Shown here: piece after piece, positions 1 through 13,084 of the stretch | Position numbering within the stretch: the stretch's first letter is position 1 | Layout: each line of letters opens with the position of its first letter | Assembly (NCBI GenBank): GCA_964276515.1 | Contig: OZ193909.1 | Coordinates: 21,328,001 to 21,392,000, forward strand | Source: Gordius albopunctatus | Lineage: Eukaryota | Length of the DNA: 64,000 nt | Reading direction: 5' to 3' | The notes under the pieces: generated by a model | Told to the model about the DNA's origin: nothing | Databases searched by the model: none | Seen by the model: the letters and a program-made list of their open reading frames with translations, nothing else | Program-made: the position numbers and the translations under genes

Positions 1-68
1 TCACAGTTATAAAGTAAGACCGGTCTTACGATGGATGATTTGTAAGCTTTGCTCTTCAACCATATAAG

Positions 69-232
69 CTTGGGTGTAGCCAGCATTGGGATTAGAAGCG
101 GCAATAATGATTTACATAAGAAGGGTAGATAATCATTTTTTCAAATTTTACCCATTATTTTAATAAATTTCACCAAATTTTTAGATTTAGAGGGGGCAGT
201 CGCCCCTCCCTGCCCCATTGGCTACGCCCATG
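69..232. mobile_element. hAT-type MITE, family with CATGGGCGTAGCCA...TGGCTACGCCCATG ends
   Basis: Degenerate terminal inverted repeats; flanks catataag/catatagg (7/8 TSD). Lies in PM20D1 intron 1. Confidence 0.75.
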
Positions 233-291
233 CATATAGGCATTAAAAAACACCTACTAATTCTGTTTTACATCTTGAAAATTTGTTGTAG

Positions 292-1526
292 ATATAGATG
301 AAGATTTGGTAGCAGAGCACCTCAGTCGTGCTGTGCAATTCAAAACTGTATCTTTCGGTGAAAATGAGTTCGATCAAAATGAAATGGCTGCACTCGTTAA
401 GTATATTGAAAAAGGTTTAATAATAATTAATTTTATAAATAAATTGCTTATTTTATGATAAATTGTCTTCTTGATTATTAAATAGACTATAAATGAATCG
501 TTTTTATATTATAAATGACTTTCGAAAACATAGTAAAAATTCGAAACATTTTTATTCTTTATAAAATCAAAGTTGTAAATATTGTCTTTTGAATATTTTT
601 ATAGTTTTCCCAGGAGTTTATTCTTGTTCTTGGATCCAAAAAAGGGTTGTTAATAAGTATAGCCTGTTGTTCAAATGCGTAAGTTCGAACGAAGAAAAAA
701 ACATTTCAACAGGTTTACATCATAAAGTGTTTTGTTATTTTGTTAATAATATATAAACAACTAAATAAATAAATAAATAAATATATATATATACTAATAC
801 TAACCTTATTTTATAGATTCCAATTTTTATTACTTTTTACTCTGTCAGAATTTATCATTCAATTTTGGATAAGTCAATCGGGAGCGCAGTCAGCACTGGA
901 ATTAGAGGAGAAGGGCAATAATGATTTAGGGAGGGGCAAAATAATCATTTTGAAATTTTAGGCATATTTTTAGAAGGGGGCAGTGCCCCCCCCCCACTGC
1001 CCCTTGGCAACGCCTATGATAGAAATTATCAATAAAATAACTGATTTTTAAAATGTATTGTATGCTAGGAGGATGTAGTTTGCCTTGGATGTTGATCGGG
1101 CATTTAGATGTAGTACCTGTAGGGGATCATGATGTTACCCATTGGTCTAGACCTCCGTTCTCGGGAGACATAATAACTATGGAATCTCGTCAAAAATATA
1201 TATATGGTAGAGGATCTCTCGACGCAAAAGATATAGTTTTTGCGACATTAGAAGCCTTGGAATTAGCGATAAAAAATGGACAAAGACCGAAACGCAAGTC
1301 ATTTTACCTCGTTTTTGGGCATGACGAAGAGACGGGTGGTTTACACGGAGCACAAAAAGTTGCTAAATGCTTGAAAGACGAGCTCCTGCTAAAAGGAGGA
1401 ACCTCCACGCTTTCCAATGGACATATGGAGTCTGGGCTCGACACCGGAAAACCGCTAGATTTTATACTGGACGAAGGATTCAATATATTTGACGATTTAT
1501 TGACCGGGCAAAACTTGGGATTGTAA
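292..1526 (+). pseudogene. PM20D1: Partial PM20D1-like copy (exons 2-4: 292-414, 605-712, 1069-1522; exon 1 upstream of the window; exons 5-8 absent)
   Basis: GT-AG exons with compatible phases encode DEDLVAEHLSRAVQFKTVS, VFPGVYSCSWIQKRVVNKYSLLF and GHLDVVP...GRGSLDAK...GHDEE...LDEG. The duplication junction at 1946/1947 lies in intron 4. Confidence 0.85.
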
Positions 1527-1985
1527 TTAATATTTAACAATTTTTTAACAACTTTTTGCAATATCTCCTCTCCTGTCTTGTGTCTATTGGACCTAAGTCA
1601 CTTTGAAAAATAGACTAGAGGCCAGCATGACCCCTAGGGTTCGGGTTAAAAAATTTTTAAATGCTTTGGCGTCGCTTCCGGTTTAAAAATTTGAAAAATT
1701 TTCGTGTCCAGTTGGGTTTAGGTAGAAAAAAGTGACTTTGTAGACCTCTAGTTTACACTCAATCTGAAGTCATCACTTGATTGTTGTATATCGGCTCGTT
1801 TTTGAAATTTTACAATATTATTAAAATACTATTATCAATCAGGGTCTAAATAGGGTGAGGTAATAAAACCCATTTTCCCTAATTTTATGGCTATTTTATA
1901 AAAGTTTGTTTGCGCTTTTAATCTTACATTCTTTTGATGAGTTAAGAAAATCAGTCGGTAGTTTGCATGTTGTCCTGTGCATACC

Positions 1986-2154
1986 CATGGGCGTAGCTAA
2001 GGGGGGGGGGCAGAAAGGGGCGGCAGTCCCCCCTATAAATCCAAATATTTGTTAAATTTATGAAAATTATGGCTAAAATTTCGAAAAATTAACATTTTTC
2101 CCCTCCCTATATAATTATTGTCCCCCTCTAATCACAATGCAGACTACGCCCGCG
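1986..2154. mobile_element. hAT-type MITE (about 170 bp), the most abundant family in the window
   Basis: Ends catgggcgtagct / agactacgcccgcg with a perfect 8-bp TSD TGCATACC (1978-1985, 2155-2162). Related copies at about 879-1018, 12092-12259, 13196-13322, 13442-13587, 17130-17260, 40213-40392, 41312-41470, 43749-43912, 62700-62790 and 63046-63205, plus the +18,488 duplicates. Confidence 0.88.
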
Positions 2155-3473
2155 TGCATACCTCTAATGTAACATCCGGTTATTATTGATTATGGACTTT
2201 AAATCTAAAGATCTTTTCAACTGCATTAAGGGGCCAAATTAGAATGTTTAATTCAGACAGTAAAATGTTCTTGAGTTTATGACATATTGAATTTATAGTT
2301 TTGTTGATTCGAACTAAAAACGCGTTAAAAATCGATAACATTTGAAAAATGATTTCCCATCCATGCATTCTTTCAAATTTTTAAGGGATGTCTGTAAAGA
2401 AATAATTACTATAGTCCTAAATTACCTAAAGCTCATATTATACACCGAATTACATTAAATTTTGTTGTTTTATAGCTATAGTTATGTTATTTCAAAATAT
2501 TAGTATATTTAAATATTTAATGGAGATAAACGGTTGAAAACATAAAATCTTTAAAAGAGGGGGAAATTTGCTTAAATTTCTGGTTATCAGTTTTAAGCTT
2601 CAACTTTAATTTTCATTTTCCTTATACAACAACTTAGGGCCATTATATTAAAGATTTATTTTAGAATATTGCTTATAGCTCGTGCGTGTTAGACAGACAC
2701 TCTTTCTCATCAACCCTTAAAGGTATTCATAAAATTTAACTAGTTTAAAAATTAAAATATTTACAAGGATTATTTTTTGATATAGGAGAAAGAATAGAGA
2801 AGAGGGGGGAAATAATTACTGATGGAGAGAGCTTAATTAACTTACATTTATATAAATCACGTCTTTAAATGGTGAGCTTAATATTTAATTAACGAATTCC
2901 ACAAAAGTCGCGAGCTAGGTTCTAATGTCCGTTAAAAGTTTAACTCTTATATTTTTCATTTCCCTCACACTACTATTATATCAATCTTTTAATGTTTTCT
3001 CTTTGTTATAATTTTTTGTGTTTTTATGAATTTGGGATGGCTAAGTAGATTTCAATTAAATATACATTTGTACACATGATTGTTACAAGTTTACAATATT
3101 ACTTGTTACTTTAGTAAATATATGATAGCGATAATCCTTGTTTATTTTCTTAGTGTAGCTTATAATGATTTATAATAATCACCATAAACAAGTACCAATG
3201 ATTCACAATGTTTATATAATAACATATTCAAAAATGTTAATCAAAAGGCACACTAACAGTAAATAACAATAAATTTAAATACACATTTATAGTAAAGAAG
3301 AATAAAAAAAAATTTGAAGTACATGTAAACGAGATTTTTATCAAATTATAATAATGTAGACATACACCTGAGATATACTTTTATTCCAAATATTAACAAA
3401 ATTGTGACATCCAACCCTTTTTATGGTCATTCGTCGTCGTCATTGAGTATGGATAAATCTCTGTTACAACAGG

Positions 3474-3811
3474 CATAGACTAAATAGACTGTTCATCAAC
3501 TTTAAATAAGTGTACCCTTTTCCGCCATTTTGAAATGTGCACAAAAAAGGAAGGACATATATAGCTTATAGTAATTATGGTTGTTAATAAAAGTGTTTTT
3601 AAAACGTAATAAAATAATCTTGCTTGATCTAGTTAAATATTACAAACATATTGTAATATATATATATATATATATATCATGTATAAAATTTGTATTAACA
3701 ATGGGGTACAGTGCAGAAAGACATGGAAGATAGTTAAATTCGAAATGGCAGATTTAAGGGTAAACTTTTACTATATCAAACATATGACATGAGCAGTCTA
3801 TTTATTCAATG
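3474..3811. mobile_element. MITE with CATAGACTAAATAGACTG ends
   Basis: Ends catagactaaatagactg / cagtctatttattcaatg are near-complementary. Related copies at 12803-13084 and about 39380-39820. Confidence 0.7.
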
Positions 3812-3918
3812 GTTACAGAGTAATGTAAGATAGTAACTTTTAATGATTAAGTTAGTTTGAGGAGCCAGATTATTTGCTTATCGATGCCTGCTTTGGTTTA
3901 AAAAACGCGTCACTTCGA

Positions 3919-6900
3919 CTAACCTTTCTTAAGGATTAGTCTCAAATTAACATTTTTATGTACGTGATTCCAATTTTTCTTCACCCTTTTTTCTACCAAC
4001 ATGGCTTCAAAGATCTTTTCGGAATAAAAATGAAGAACAAAATTGGGTATGGAATCAATATTTTCCAAAATATCCGTGATTGATACAAATGAAAGGACCC
4101 ATTCGGGTGCGAGTAAATGAGCGGAGTGATGTACCAATGAGTGTTGAATTGTGAGAGCTATCACTTTGGGTCCCAAACAGATCAGGTGCAAAAAAGCCAG
4201 CGATATTGACATCACCATATATAATTTTAACTTACGCATCTTGGAATTCGAAAATGTTCCATTTCCCTCTATTGATAAATTTTACCATAATACACAGTGA
4301 AACAAAAAAAAACTTTCTAAATAGATTTTAATGCTTTTGGTCTTATATATGAAAGCTTATAGATATGACTTTATATAGCTTACAAATCTATAGACGAATT
4401 CATTAAGTTTTTTTCTTATTCTCAATATTTATTATGGCCAAAAAGGCATCCTTATATTATCTGGTATCCCACAGGACAGGAAGCACACCTAAAACATCCT
4501 TCTCTTTTCAAGACAATACCTTTTTATCATTTCATCCATCCTTTTACATTCTTCCCTTTTATTCCAAATCAAGCATATTAATCGAAACAAACCTCAATGT
4601 TAATAAGGTTAAGGACGGGCCCATTCTAAAAGAACTAGAGGAGTTCTGCAAATGGGTCTGCTGCTTGGGGTTTGTGATAAATCGCGAAAAACAATTCGCA
4701 TCTAGTGTTGTAAAAACCGCTGGGTTTTGTTTGGTCGGCTTTTGGTTTAACTAAGACTAACGCTCGACTCTGGCACTCTTTTCAAATTTCGACTAAGCCG
4801 GGAGCTCTACTAATCATAAACAGACCAACCGAAAAACCTTTGGTCCGTTTATGATTAGTCGATTAAAAGCAAAGGCCGACCGAACGAAAACTAGCTGTTT
4901 TTACAACACTATTCGCATCTATGGTGGAAAGGTAAACGTCAGCTCTTGGCAAGGTCAAGATTAGAATGGAACTCAAAGACGAGAAAGGCTTAACATCACG
5001 TTTAGGGAAAGAGGTTTTATTAAGTGTCAAACTAGTTTTAAAAGGCAATCAAAATTTTATGCTATCGTTATAGAAAATATTACTATGGATATATAAGGTA
5101 TGTAGAAACTATGAAAGGGACAACAAAAGATTCAACCAATGCAAGCAATTGCAAAAAAAGGACCTAGATCTTCAGTAAGTCACACAGTTAGCCGAAGCTT
5201 TAGTAAATCAAATGAAATTAATAAGAAACAATGTTGATGAAGAGTTTCGGGAAATTTTTTAGTAGCCGAAGCTAAGGCTAAGTTGTATGATTTTGACCTT
5301 AAGAAACCTCGATATGCAAAGAAACAAACTTGCCGAAGTAATATTTTAACTGAATCCATTGAGGATTATTACAAAATCACTATTTTTATACCTTTGCTCG
5401 ATATGTTTATTATACAACTCAATGAACGGTTCGTGGACAAGAAAGAAGTTTTGGCAGAAAATTTCCAAATATTATTTCCTTCAAATTCTTCGATTGTTTC
5501 GTCAGAAACGGGGATGAAAATAAACTTTCTATGGGACTTTTATTACAATGATCTTAAGGGGACAAACGAAGAGCTAAAATCAGAATTTGATAGTATATGG
5601 TTTATGGCATTGTCTCAGACGTCAGAAGGATTTCGTCCAAAGAATCCCTTGGACGCCGCCCTATCAGGTGTTATAAAATATTGGAATCTTTACCCAACAT
5701 CACAACTCTTCTTTACCTATTAGCTTGTCTTCCTATCATCATCACTACATGCACCAATGAAAGAAGTTTCTCAACGTTAAGGAGGCTTAAAACGTATGTA
5801 AGAAATACTATGTCGAAAGATAGATTAAATGGATTGGCCCTTTTAGCGATTCATCGGGAATTAGCTCCCACTCCAGCCAGATGAAGAAGTTCTTGAGATA
5901 TCTTTGCTGGGAAAAAGAAAATATAAAATTATTTTATAATGACTTTCTTTATTTAATTTTAATGTTGAAATAAAAATGGTATAAAAAGGGCCAATCCATT
6001 TCATCTATTTTTTTACATAGTATTTCTTATATAAAAGCTAATAGGTAAGGAAGAGTTTTGATGTTGGGTAAAGATTACAATATTTTATAACACCTGATAG
6101 GGTGTCCAAGGGATTCTTTGGACGAAATCCTTCTATAATTTATTTTCATTCGCGTTTCTGCCAAAACAATCAAAGAATTCAGAGGTACTATTATTTAAAA
6201 ATTTGCCAAAACTTGTTTCTTGTCCAAAAACCGATCATTTTCTTTGCATATCGAGGTTTCTTAAGTTCAAAATTGTAGAGAGGTAATAGGAGTGCGAAGT
6301 GCCTCCGGGAATACGTTATTTACCTGTGTGTTGTCAATCAAATTATTATCATTATTAGTTGTAACTTATATATGTGTTTGATATACACGTCTCACTCACT
6401 TACTATTTTCTTACTATTGTGATATCCGTGCGTAACGTGTTTTGGAGATTATTCCCCGCTCTTAACAAAAATCATACAACTTAGCCTTAGGTTCGACTAC
6501 TATTACTAAAGTTTCTGCTGACTGTCTAACTTGCTGAAGATCTAGGTGCTTTAAAGTTGCAGCTTCTGTTGCAACATCTTCAATTTCTCCTTATTTGGTT
6601 TATCTTCCATTTTTGACAACATTTCAACTCATATTTCTGGCTCTATCATATCCCTGGCCTCTTAAAAAATTTATATTTATATTGAGATCTTTTATGCTCT
6701 TTATAATTAAGTCGCCTAGCCCTCTTCCAGTCGTACAAACTGTAAAAAATCTTCTTTTATTGTTAATCTAGAAGAGTCAATATATCAAGCACACCAATTC
6801 GGTCATTACAAATTGATATAACATCATTTTGAAAGTGAGGACTTAAGTAGTAGCACGGTACCTTACCTTAAAAGAGCTCTAAAATTGCCATCACCAGGTG

Positions 6901-9087
6901 AAGCTGGGAAAAAGAAAATATTAAATCATTTATAATGACTTTCTTTATTTTTTATACCAGATTTTATAATTTTGATGTTGAAATAAAAATGTTATAAACA
7001 ATTTTTGGAAATCCCCCCCCCCTCCCCTCGGAGAGAAAATCCTGGCTACGTGCCTGGGTTCAACCATTACACTAAAGTCTTTTGTGGTTGAAGTCACTTT
7101 GTATTTAATAAAGCAATGAATGGGGTTTACAGGATTTGAGCTAGAAAGCATTAGGGAGATTGATGTTTGTTATAGGTTGTCAAGGATTGGACATTATGTG
7201 AAAGTTGGGTTAAAGCTTTTAGATAAAATGGTTTCAATCTAAATCGAACTAAAACAAATTATATACAAACATCTTTAAATCGTATGGATTAGAGTCTAGA
7301 GTCTTTCTAATATATATAATTTATTATGCTATGGCATGAAACTTGGTCTGAACAAACTTTCGGAAGCCAAATAAGTTTTTGGAAAACATGCGTGATCAAT
7401 AATGAACAAAAAATAATTTTTACTAGCATTATTTTCCAAGTTAATAGTTGATATAGCATCGACGTCGTGTTGACCATTAGGTTGGCGCCCATTATTCAAC
7501 TTATCGTACAATTCGCTGTGATGCTTTCTAGCTATGCCATAGCTCACGAAATTGATGGAGACCACAAGTATGGAAGGTATGATGTACAATATTGCTACTA
7601 GGAAAAACGAGATCACCTGATACCAGTTTGTATGTGAGATGGTAGAATATTCAACTAATTGATACTGCTCTCCACCCGTTCCATCTAATTAATGTGTAAT
7701 GAACATCATTGGATTATATATATAATGAAATCAAATTTCTCATGTCTTACATATGTGACATAAAACGAACATTAGGTTCCGCTAAATGTCATTGATTATT
7801 CACAATAAGCGTTGCTTATGTTATTATGCTCTAATGAATTAAGGACTAATGTATCTTACAAAATATATAAGTTTATTGTTTTTAGAAAGAGGGGAATCAG
7901 ATTTTTGGTGATTTATATATAACACTAGATGAACCCGGCAAACGTTGTTTTGCCATTTACCCGGTTTTATTAAATTATGTTGGAATTTTAGGGCATATAT
8001 GATGATAAAGAGGTTATTGAAGTAAAAATAAAGTTTGATGTCGTCTATATGTTCTACTTCTATTGTTCTATTTCCGTATACAGTGCAACGCGTACGAATA
8101 CTCGAAAACTACTGCACCGATTTGGCTCGAAAAAATCTTAAAACATGCTCCCGAGTGTAGGCAGGAACAAACTGTGAAATTTTGAGCCAAATCGGTCTGG
8201 TAGTTTTCCAAAATTGGTGGCGGCATACACACACATACATGCATAGTTTCATTTTTATATATATAACATATATAAAATAATTAATCTTCCCTTTCTTTTC
8301 ATATTGAAAGTGCATCAACTCTTGAGATAGTAACTAGCAATTTAGAAACTAAAGTGACGACTTAAACAATAGACTGACTACACGATTTAATGAGCCCATA
8401 AAAATTTTCATCACAAAAATTGCTTGTCTATCAAATTAAGATTCCCTTTTGACTATCCTAAAATTTATCAGGGGTTTATACATAATATTAACTAATCATT
8501 AGATGGTTGCCAGTCTAACTAAACTCACTCTTGATAACGCGATCACCGAGATCTACGCTATATTCCAAGGCAAAGGGTATGTTTATGAGGGCGTAGATGA
8601 TGTAGGAGCCAACGAAAAACCAATTAACCACGGTAGCGCTTATAAAGTTGTAGATTTCTTTATTGAGAAGTATCATGAGAAATAGGTTAACGCATAGAAT
8701 AAGGGAATGGAACAAAATGACAGTACTAAATACGTGGATGAGATAACTGTTGATGTGATAGAGAAAGTAAATCCAAATTTTATAATTCCTACTGACTGAA
8801 CCATATCCTACCCCCATTTTGAGTCGAAGGAACATATTAATGCGGTGGGAATACTTGAAAAGTATGAAGAGATTACACAGCACATCTCCGAAGCATAGCC
8901 AATGCAAAATAACGTGTATTTGGTTACGGAAATTAGCTCGTTCGAATTGACAAATTAAGTAGACGCAGTAAAGAATACTGAAGACGCTAGCTACCACGTT
9001 GCCTATATTTTCAAAGTAAAAAACTGCTAAGGTTGATTTGGATTTGGGGTACAGTTCATCTATAAGGTAAAATCTCCTGACCTCCAT
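3919..9087 (-). CDS. Divergent rhodopsin-like 7-TM GPCR (FMRFamide-receptor/Srw-like), 3 exons (9087-8529, 7684-7424, 4268-3919), 389 aa; possible 4th exon 3460-3393
   Basis: Three hydrophobic ORF pieces join through phase-1 GT-AG introns (A|gtgagt...tag|AT; A|gtaaaa...tag|AG) to 1170 nt. Seven hydrophobic segments include TM2 LCFGD, TM4 NIPFALEY, TM5 YIIPSILVVSIN, TM6 FLHLICLGP and TM7 ENIDSIPNFVLHF. An alternative donor G|gttagt at 3924 could add EIYPYSMTTTNDHKKGWMSQFC. Confidence 0.8.
4703..4911. mobile_element. hAT-type MITE (209 bp) in GPCR intron 2; duplicate at 23191-23399
   Basis: Perfect 15-bp TIR tagtgttgtaaaaac / gtttttacaacacta and a perfect 8-bp TSD TTCGCATC (4695-4702, 4912-4919). 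Confidence 0.92.
5125..7056. mobile_element. Rearranged hAT transposase remnants (ZMYM1/P52rIPK-like group) in GPCR intron 2; duplicate at 23613-25544
   Basis: Frameshifted plus-strand ORFs 5283-5884 contain the hAT C-terminal motif CTNERSFSTLRRLKTYVRNTMSKDRLNGLALLAIHRE. An inverted second copy at about 6080-6760 contains RGQGYD. A third 3'-end fragment at 6900-7056 ends in cctggctacgtgcctg. Confidence 0.85.
6274..6467. mobile_element. Probable solo LTR (194 bp); duplicate at 24762-24955
   Basis: Starts TGTAGAGAG, ends CTCTTAACA, and is flanked by a 5-bp TSD AAAAT (6269-6273, 6468-6472). It interrupts sequence that is contiguous in the sister hAT copy near 5283-5300. Confidence 0.75.
7925..8266 (-). 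mobile_element. Non-autonomous Helitron in GPCR intron 1; duplicate at 26413-26754
   Basis: The minus strand starts ttatatatataaaaatgaa followed by a tgta/tgtg microsatellite. It ends with the hairpin ggcaaaacaacgtttgcc, then CTAG and T, the canonical Helitron 3' end. Confidence 0.82.
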
Positions 9088-12000
9088 CCTTTAATCAGGA
9101 TTAGATTGGTTTAGCAAAAATATTACATGGGAAATTCGTTGAAGAAAAAAATATGTTTAGCAAAAAAGAAGTAGACTAACATAATTAAAAATCAATAACA
9201 ATATGTATTTGAAGAGTAGCTAATGTCATACCACTTACCTGTGCGCGGTGTATATAGTTACAATTTTGTAAATGGCTTTTCCGTAACTACCTCTATACCC
9301 TACCTTATATTTTGCGGAACGGAAAAATGTAAAATAATAAGTCAAGCTCATTTTTTATGACATTAAAAGTTATATTTTTAAAAAATGGCAAAAAAATTTA
9401 TAATCTAAATCGTTTGAATATATGTTTAAACTTTTTTAAATATGTTTAAAATGAGGTAATTAAAAAATATTGCCTTGCCTAAATCTAACTAATAATTTCA
9501 CCAAACTTTCTTTAGAAATTGTCGTATACTGTTAACTTTCAACTTAGAAAAACAGAGTGGGGCTAAATAAAAGTTGTGTGCACATGTGACCATACTAATT
9601 TCTGATGAATTTAATCATATACTCTTATAAAAAATATAAAAATCCGGAATCTGGCATCAATTTCTTAATTAATTCTACATACCTCTATTCGTGAAAATTA
9701 TTATTATTTAAATTCGCTCGATGTTAATCTTAATACAGTAGTAATACACCCTTTAAAAATCTGTTGAGCAAAATCACATTTAATAATATCTAGTTTGTGA
9801 TTTATTAGTATAAATTAAGTGTTATCATTCTAACGGATTAACGATTAAAATATAATTGCTTTATTACTTTAAACTAACTATATGCTTAATATGAATGACC
9901 TTAACTTAAGGTATTCAGGTAAGTAAGTTTAGCACAATAACATATAGAGACAAACGTTGAAATATTACTTTAAGTATACCAATGTGTCAAAAAGAATATT
10001 ATTGAAACACATTTACCCTTGAATTGTATATTAGCTTTATGAAATATGTAATTCTGTTAAAAATGTAAGAGAACGGCCTCTCTATCCAAAGAATTTAGAT
10101 TTAATTAATTTGGTTTTTAGTGAAGCGACTATTAAAAACCTATATGATCCTTAGAGTGTTAGGTTAAGCTAGTAAAAGCAATTTTAATAATTTATAAGGT
10201 ATTTAAGTAATAGAGAGCCTGTAATTAATGGACTGCGCATAGAGTGTTATACATATATTGAATTTAAACTGAAGAAGTCAATATCTTTAATTACAGCATA
10301 AAAGGTAAATTAATAGATTGTTTAAAATGTTTATAGGGAATTACCATTTTGTTAAAAGCTTTTAGATGTAATATTAAATAATTTATGTTCTCGCACAACT
10401 TAAGTGATCTTTCTATTGATTTTTGGATTAGTCAGGCCAGGATTACTACACTACTTTGTAGCATAATATAAGTTATCCAACAGTCTTTCAAATATAATAT
10501 AGTGTAGTAATTACTGTATCTTTATTTATATTTTACTTTCTTATGATAGGAATCATATTTAATTAATGCAAAACGAGCTGATAATAATATATCAAGATAT
10601 AAATTGTGGATTATCTATTATTTTTGTGTAATTAGGTTGCATCTTAAAGCTTATCCATTTCTTTTTCAGTTTAGTTAAAAAATTAGTTTCAAGCACATCA
10701 TACATACCTCGATCAATAATTTGATAAGTGGAAGGGGGAGGGGGAGAGGATTAAATTTGCCTAAAGTTTAAAATTAGTGTTTACAGCCTTTTACTGTTTT
10801 CCATTATACTTTTCACTATAATAGCGAATAGCATTTAATAACATAAGTCAGTAATTCTAATAGTTATCATGACTTTATAACACCTAATATACCGTAAAAA
10901 GTATATTTATCTGTTAACTCCAAGTCAAGATTTTAAAATCCCTAAACTCATAATCATGTGATCACAATTGAATCTATTGGATAGTTTAGTATCTAGTTAT
11001 TTAATTGATGTACTTAAAATTGATTTTTGTTTTATTTAAATTTATCACGACAAATCGTCACCGGACATTAAGAAATCTAAATTTAACATACAAACTATGT
11101 TGTAAGACTCTAGCATCTTGGTTGTTATCTTTTTATAAAGAAAAGGCCGGAATTCATTGATTAAATGGCGCTGAAATGTAATTGCGTGAATTCTAATTGC
11201 TCTAGGATATACCTTCATTTAAATGACACCACCAACCATGTCCTAATTTGTGTTGTTAAAATGCTCGCGCAAAATATCACAATGGAAATCGTCGTTAAAT
11301 CCAACACGATTTCCATACACGGATCAATGCCATCCGTTTAGTTATAGCGCGTTTTTATATTTTTTAGTCGTATACGTAATTTTTTGTATACCATTTAATA
11401 AATATTGATATGAACACATTGATTTATTTAATAATCGCATGTATCATGATCTGTGCGTGCCACTCGGTGCACGAGGCAGTAAAGTAGCACATAAAAATGC
11501 TTTGGAGCCGGAGTTGAAGCAGCAAAGTGTTCAGGCAATGAGCAGATTGCTCAAGTATAAACGCAATCAGATAGCAGATCTAATAGAAGCAATTGCTACG
11601 AGTCAGTAACTTTACGTATCTCCGCATGGTATTGGATAAATAAATTAAGAATTTGCTCCTCCCCCATTTTTGCGATATTTGTCACCCCCATTTTGCCCTC
11701 TTTTCCCCAAGGGAGATTGGCTGGGGCATAGAGGCAGGGGGGACAAGTTTTTTATTTATGATATACCATAAACAGATTTTTAAAGTTACTAACACATTTA
11801 ACAACTAGTCCTAAGTGCGCGAAGGGTTAGGGGCGGGTGACGAACATATTTTAAAAACAACTGCATATAAGGGATAACTTTAATAGACATCTACACTCGA
11901 AATCTAGGGGTTCCCTCTCGAACAACTTACTGGGCCGCGCATAAGATGCCACGAATGTACTATGGTTACTGCCTTAGTCACTACGAAACCTCTAACGGGA

Positions 12001-12802
12001 TTTATTTGTGGATTGGGCAAAGAAGATACCATGCTGGGACACGTGTATTAGGGATTGAGGTAGCATAAACCACTCGTGCCTAGATTAGATGCATAGGCGT
12101 AGCCAATGAGGGCAGGGATGGGCGGTTGCCTCCTTCTAAATCCAGAAATTTGTTAAATTTTATTAAAATTATGGGGCTAAAATTTACAAAAAATGATCAT
12201 TTTGCCCCTCCCCAAATCATTATTGCCTCTCTATAATTTCAATGCTGGCTGCGCCATTGGATGTACTTAATTATATTTAACGTTAAAGGGTTGAAGATCC
12301 GTTCTAAGGGGAAGGATTTGGAGGGAGTAATGGATTCAGCATTAGTTTTATATCCTCATATAACCAATTTAGTATAATATAATTCATTAATCAATGTGAT
12401 AACATAAAGCAGCGCGTATAATTTTTGTTGTAATGTTTATCACTTCTGCGAAATTAATGCCATTATCATAAATATACGATGAATAATAATACGGGAATCA
12501 ATGATATATATTTCGCCTTAATTAAAACAGAAGTGCTCTATTCTGTTAGAAAACGCGAGGCATTAACGATGATTTATGGGTTACAGCAATGTCGCGAATA
12601 TTTAATTGTCAAACCGTTCACTGTAATCAACGATCATTAGCCACTTGTTGCTACTACTAATGTCTTCTAGGCTACAATGTTGCCTTGTATTGCTAGGTAA
12701 TTTTAGGTTGACCCATACGGCAAGACACTAGGCTAATGTACTATACCGTTTGGATGCAGATTCCATTGAGGCCTATGATTCTCTTTTGTTCTGTGATATA
12801 AT

Positions 12803-13084
12803 CATAGACTAATAGACTGCTCATTCCCTTTTAAAAAGTGTACCCCGTTTTGGCAGCCATTTTGATAAGTGAAACATGAATTTCGGCCAATTTATATGGT
12901 TTGATGAATTTTTAAAATCGCTATAATGATTAAAATGGGTTGTGTTATGTTATAAGATCAATGATTACTGTCCAATACAAACCATCGCTATACAAACTCT
13001 ACTTCACTTATCAAAATGGCGGTCATTTTTGGCAACACTTTTGATGCGTGAATATATAAAAGATGAGCCGTCTATTAGTCTATA
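12803..13084. mobile_element. hAT-type MITE; duplicate at 31291-31572
   Basis: TIRs catagactaatagactgctcat / atgagccgtctattagtctata with a perfect 8-bp TSD GATATAAT. Confidence 0.85.

Noticed and set aside
1053..1068. ATG at 1053 (also 19541 and 38029) as the peptidase start
   Set aside because: It lies in the intron upstream of the acceptor at 1067-1068. Upstream exons with matching phase and homology supply the real N-terminus.
11440..11630. Relatively GC-rich stretch with a short open frame (HKNALEPELKQQSVQAMSRLLKYKRNQIADLIEAIATSQ)
   Set aside because: No start codon, partner exons or recognisable homology; probably an unidentified repeat remnant.
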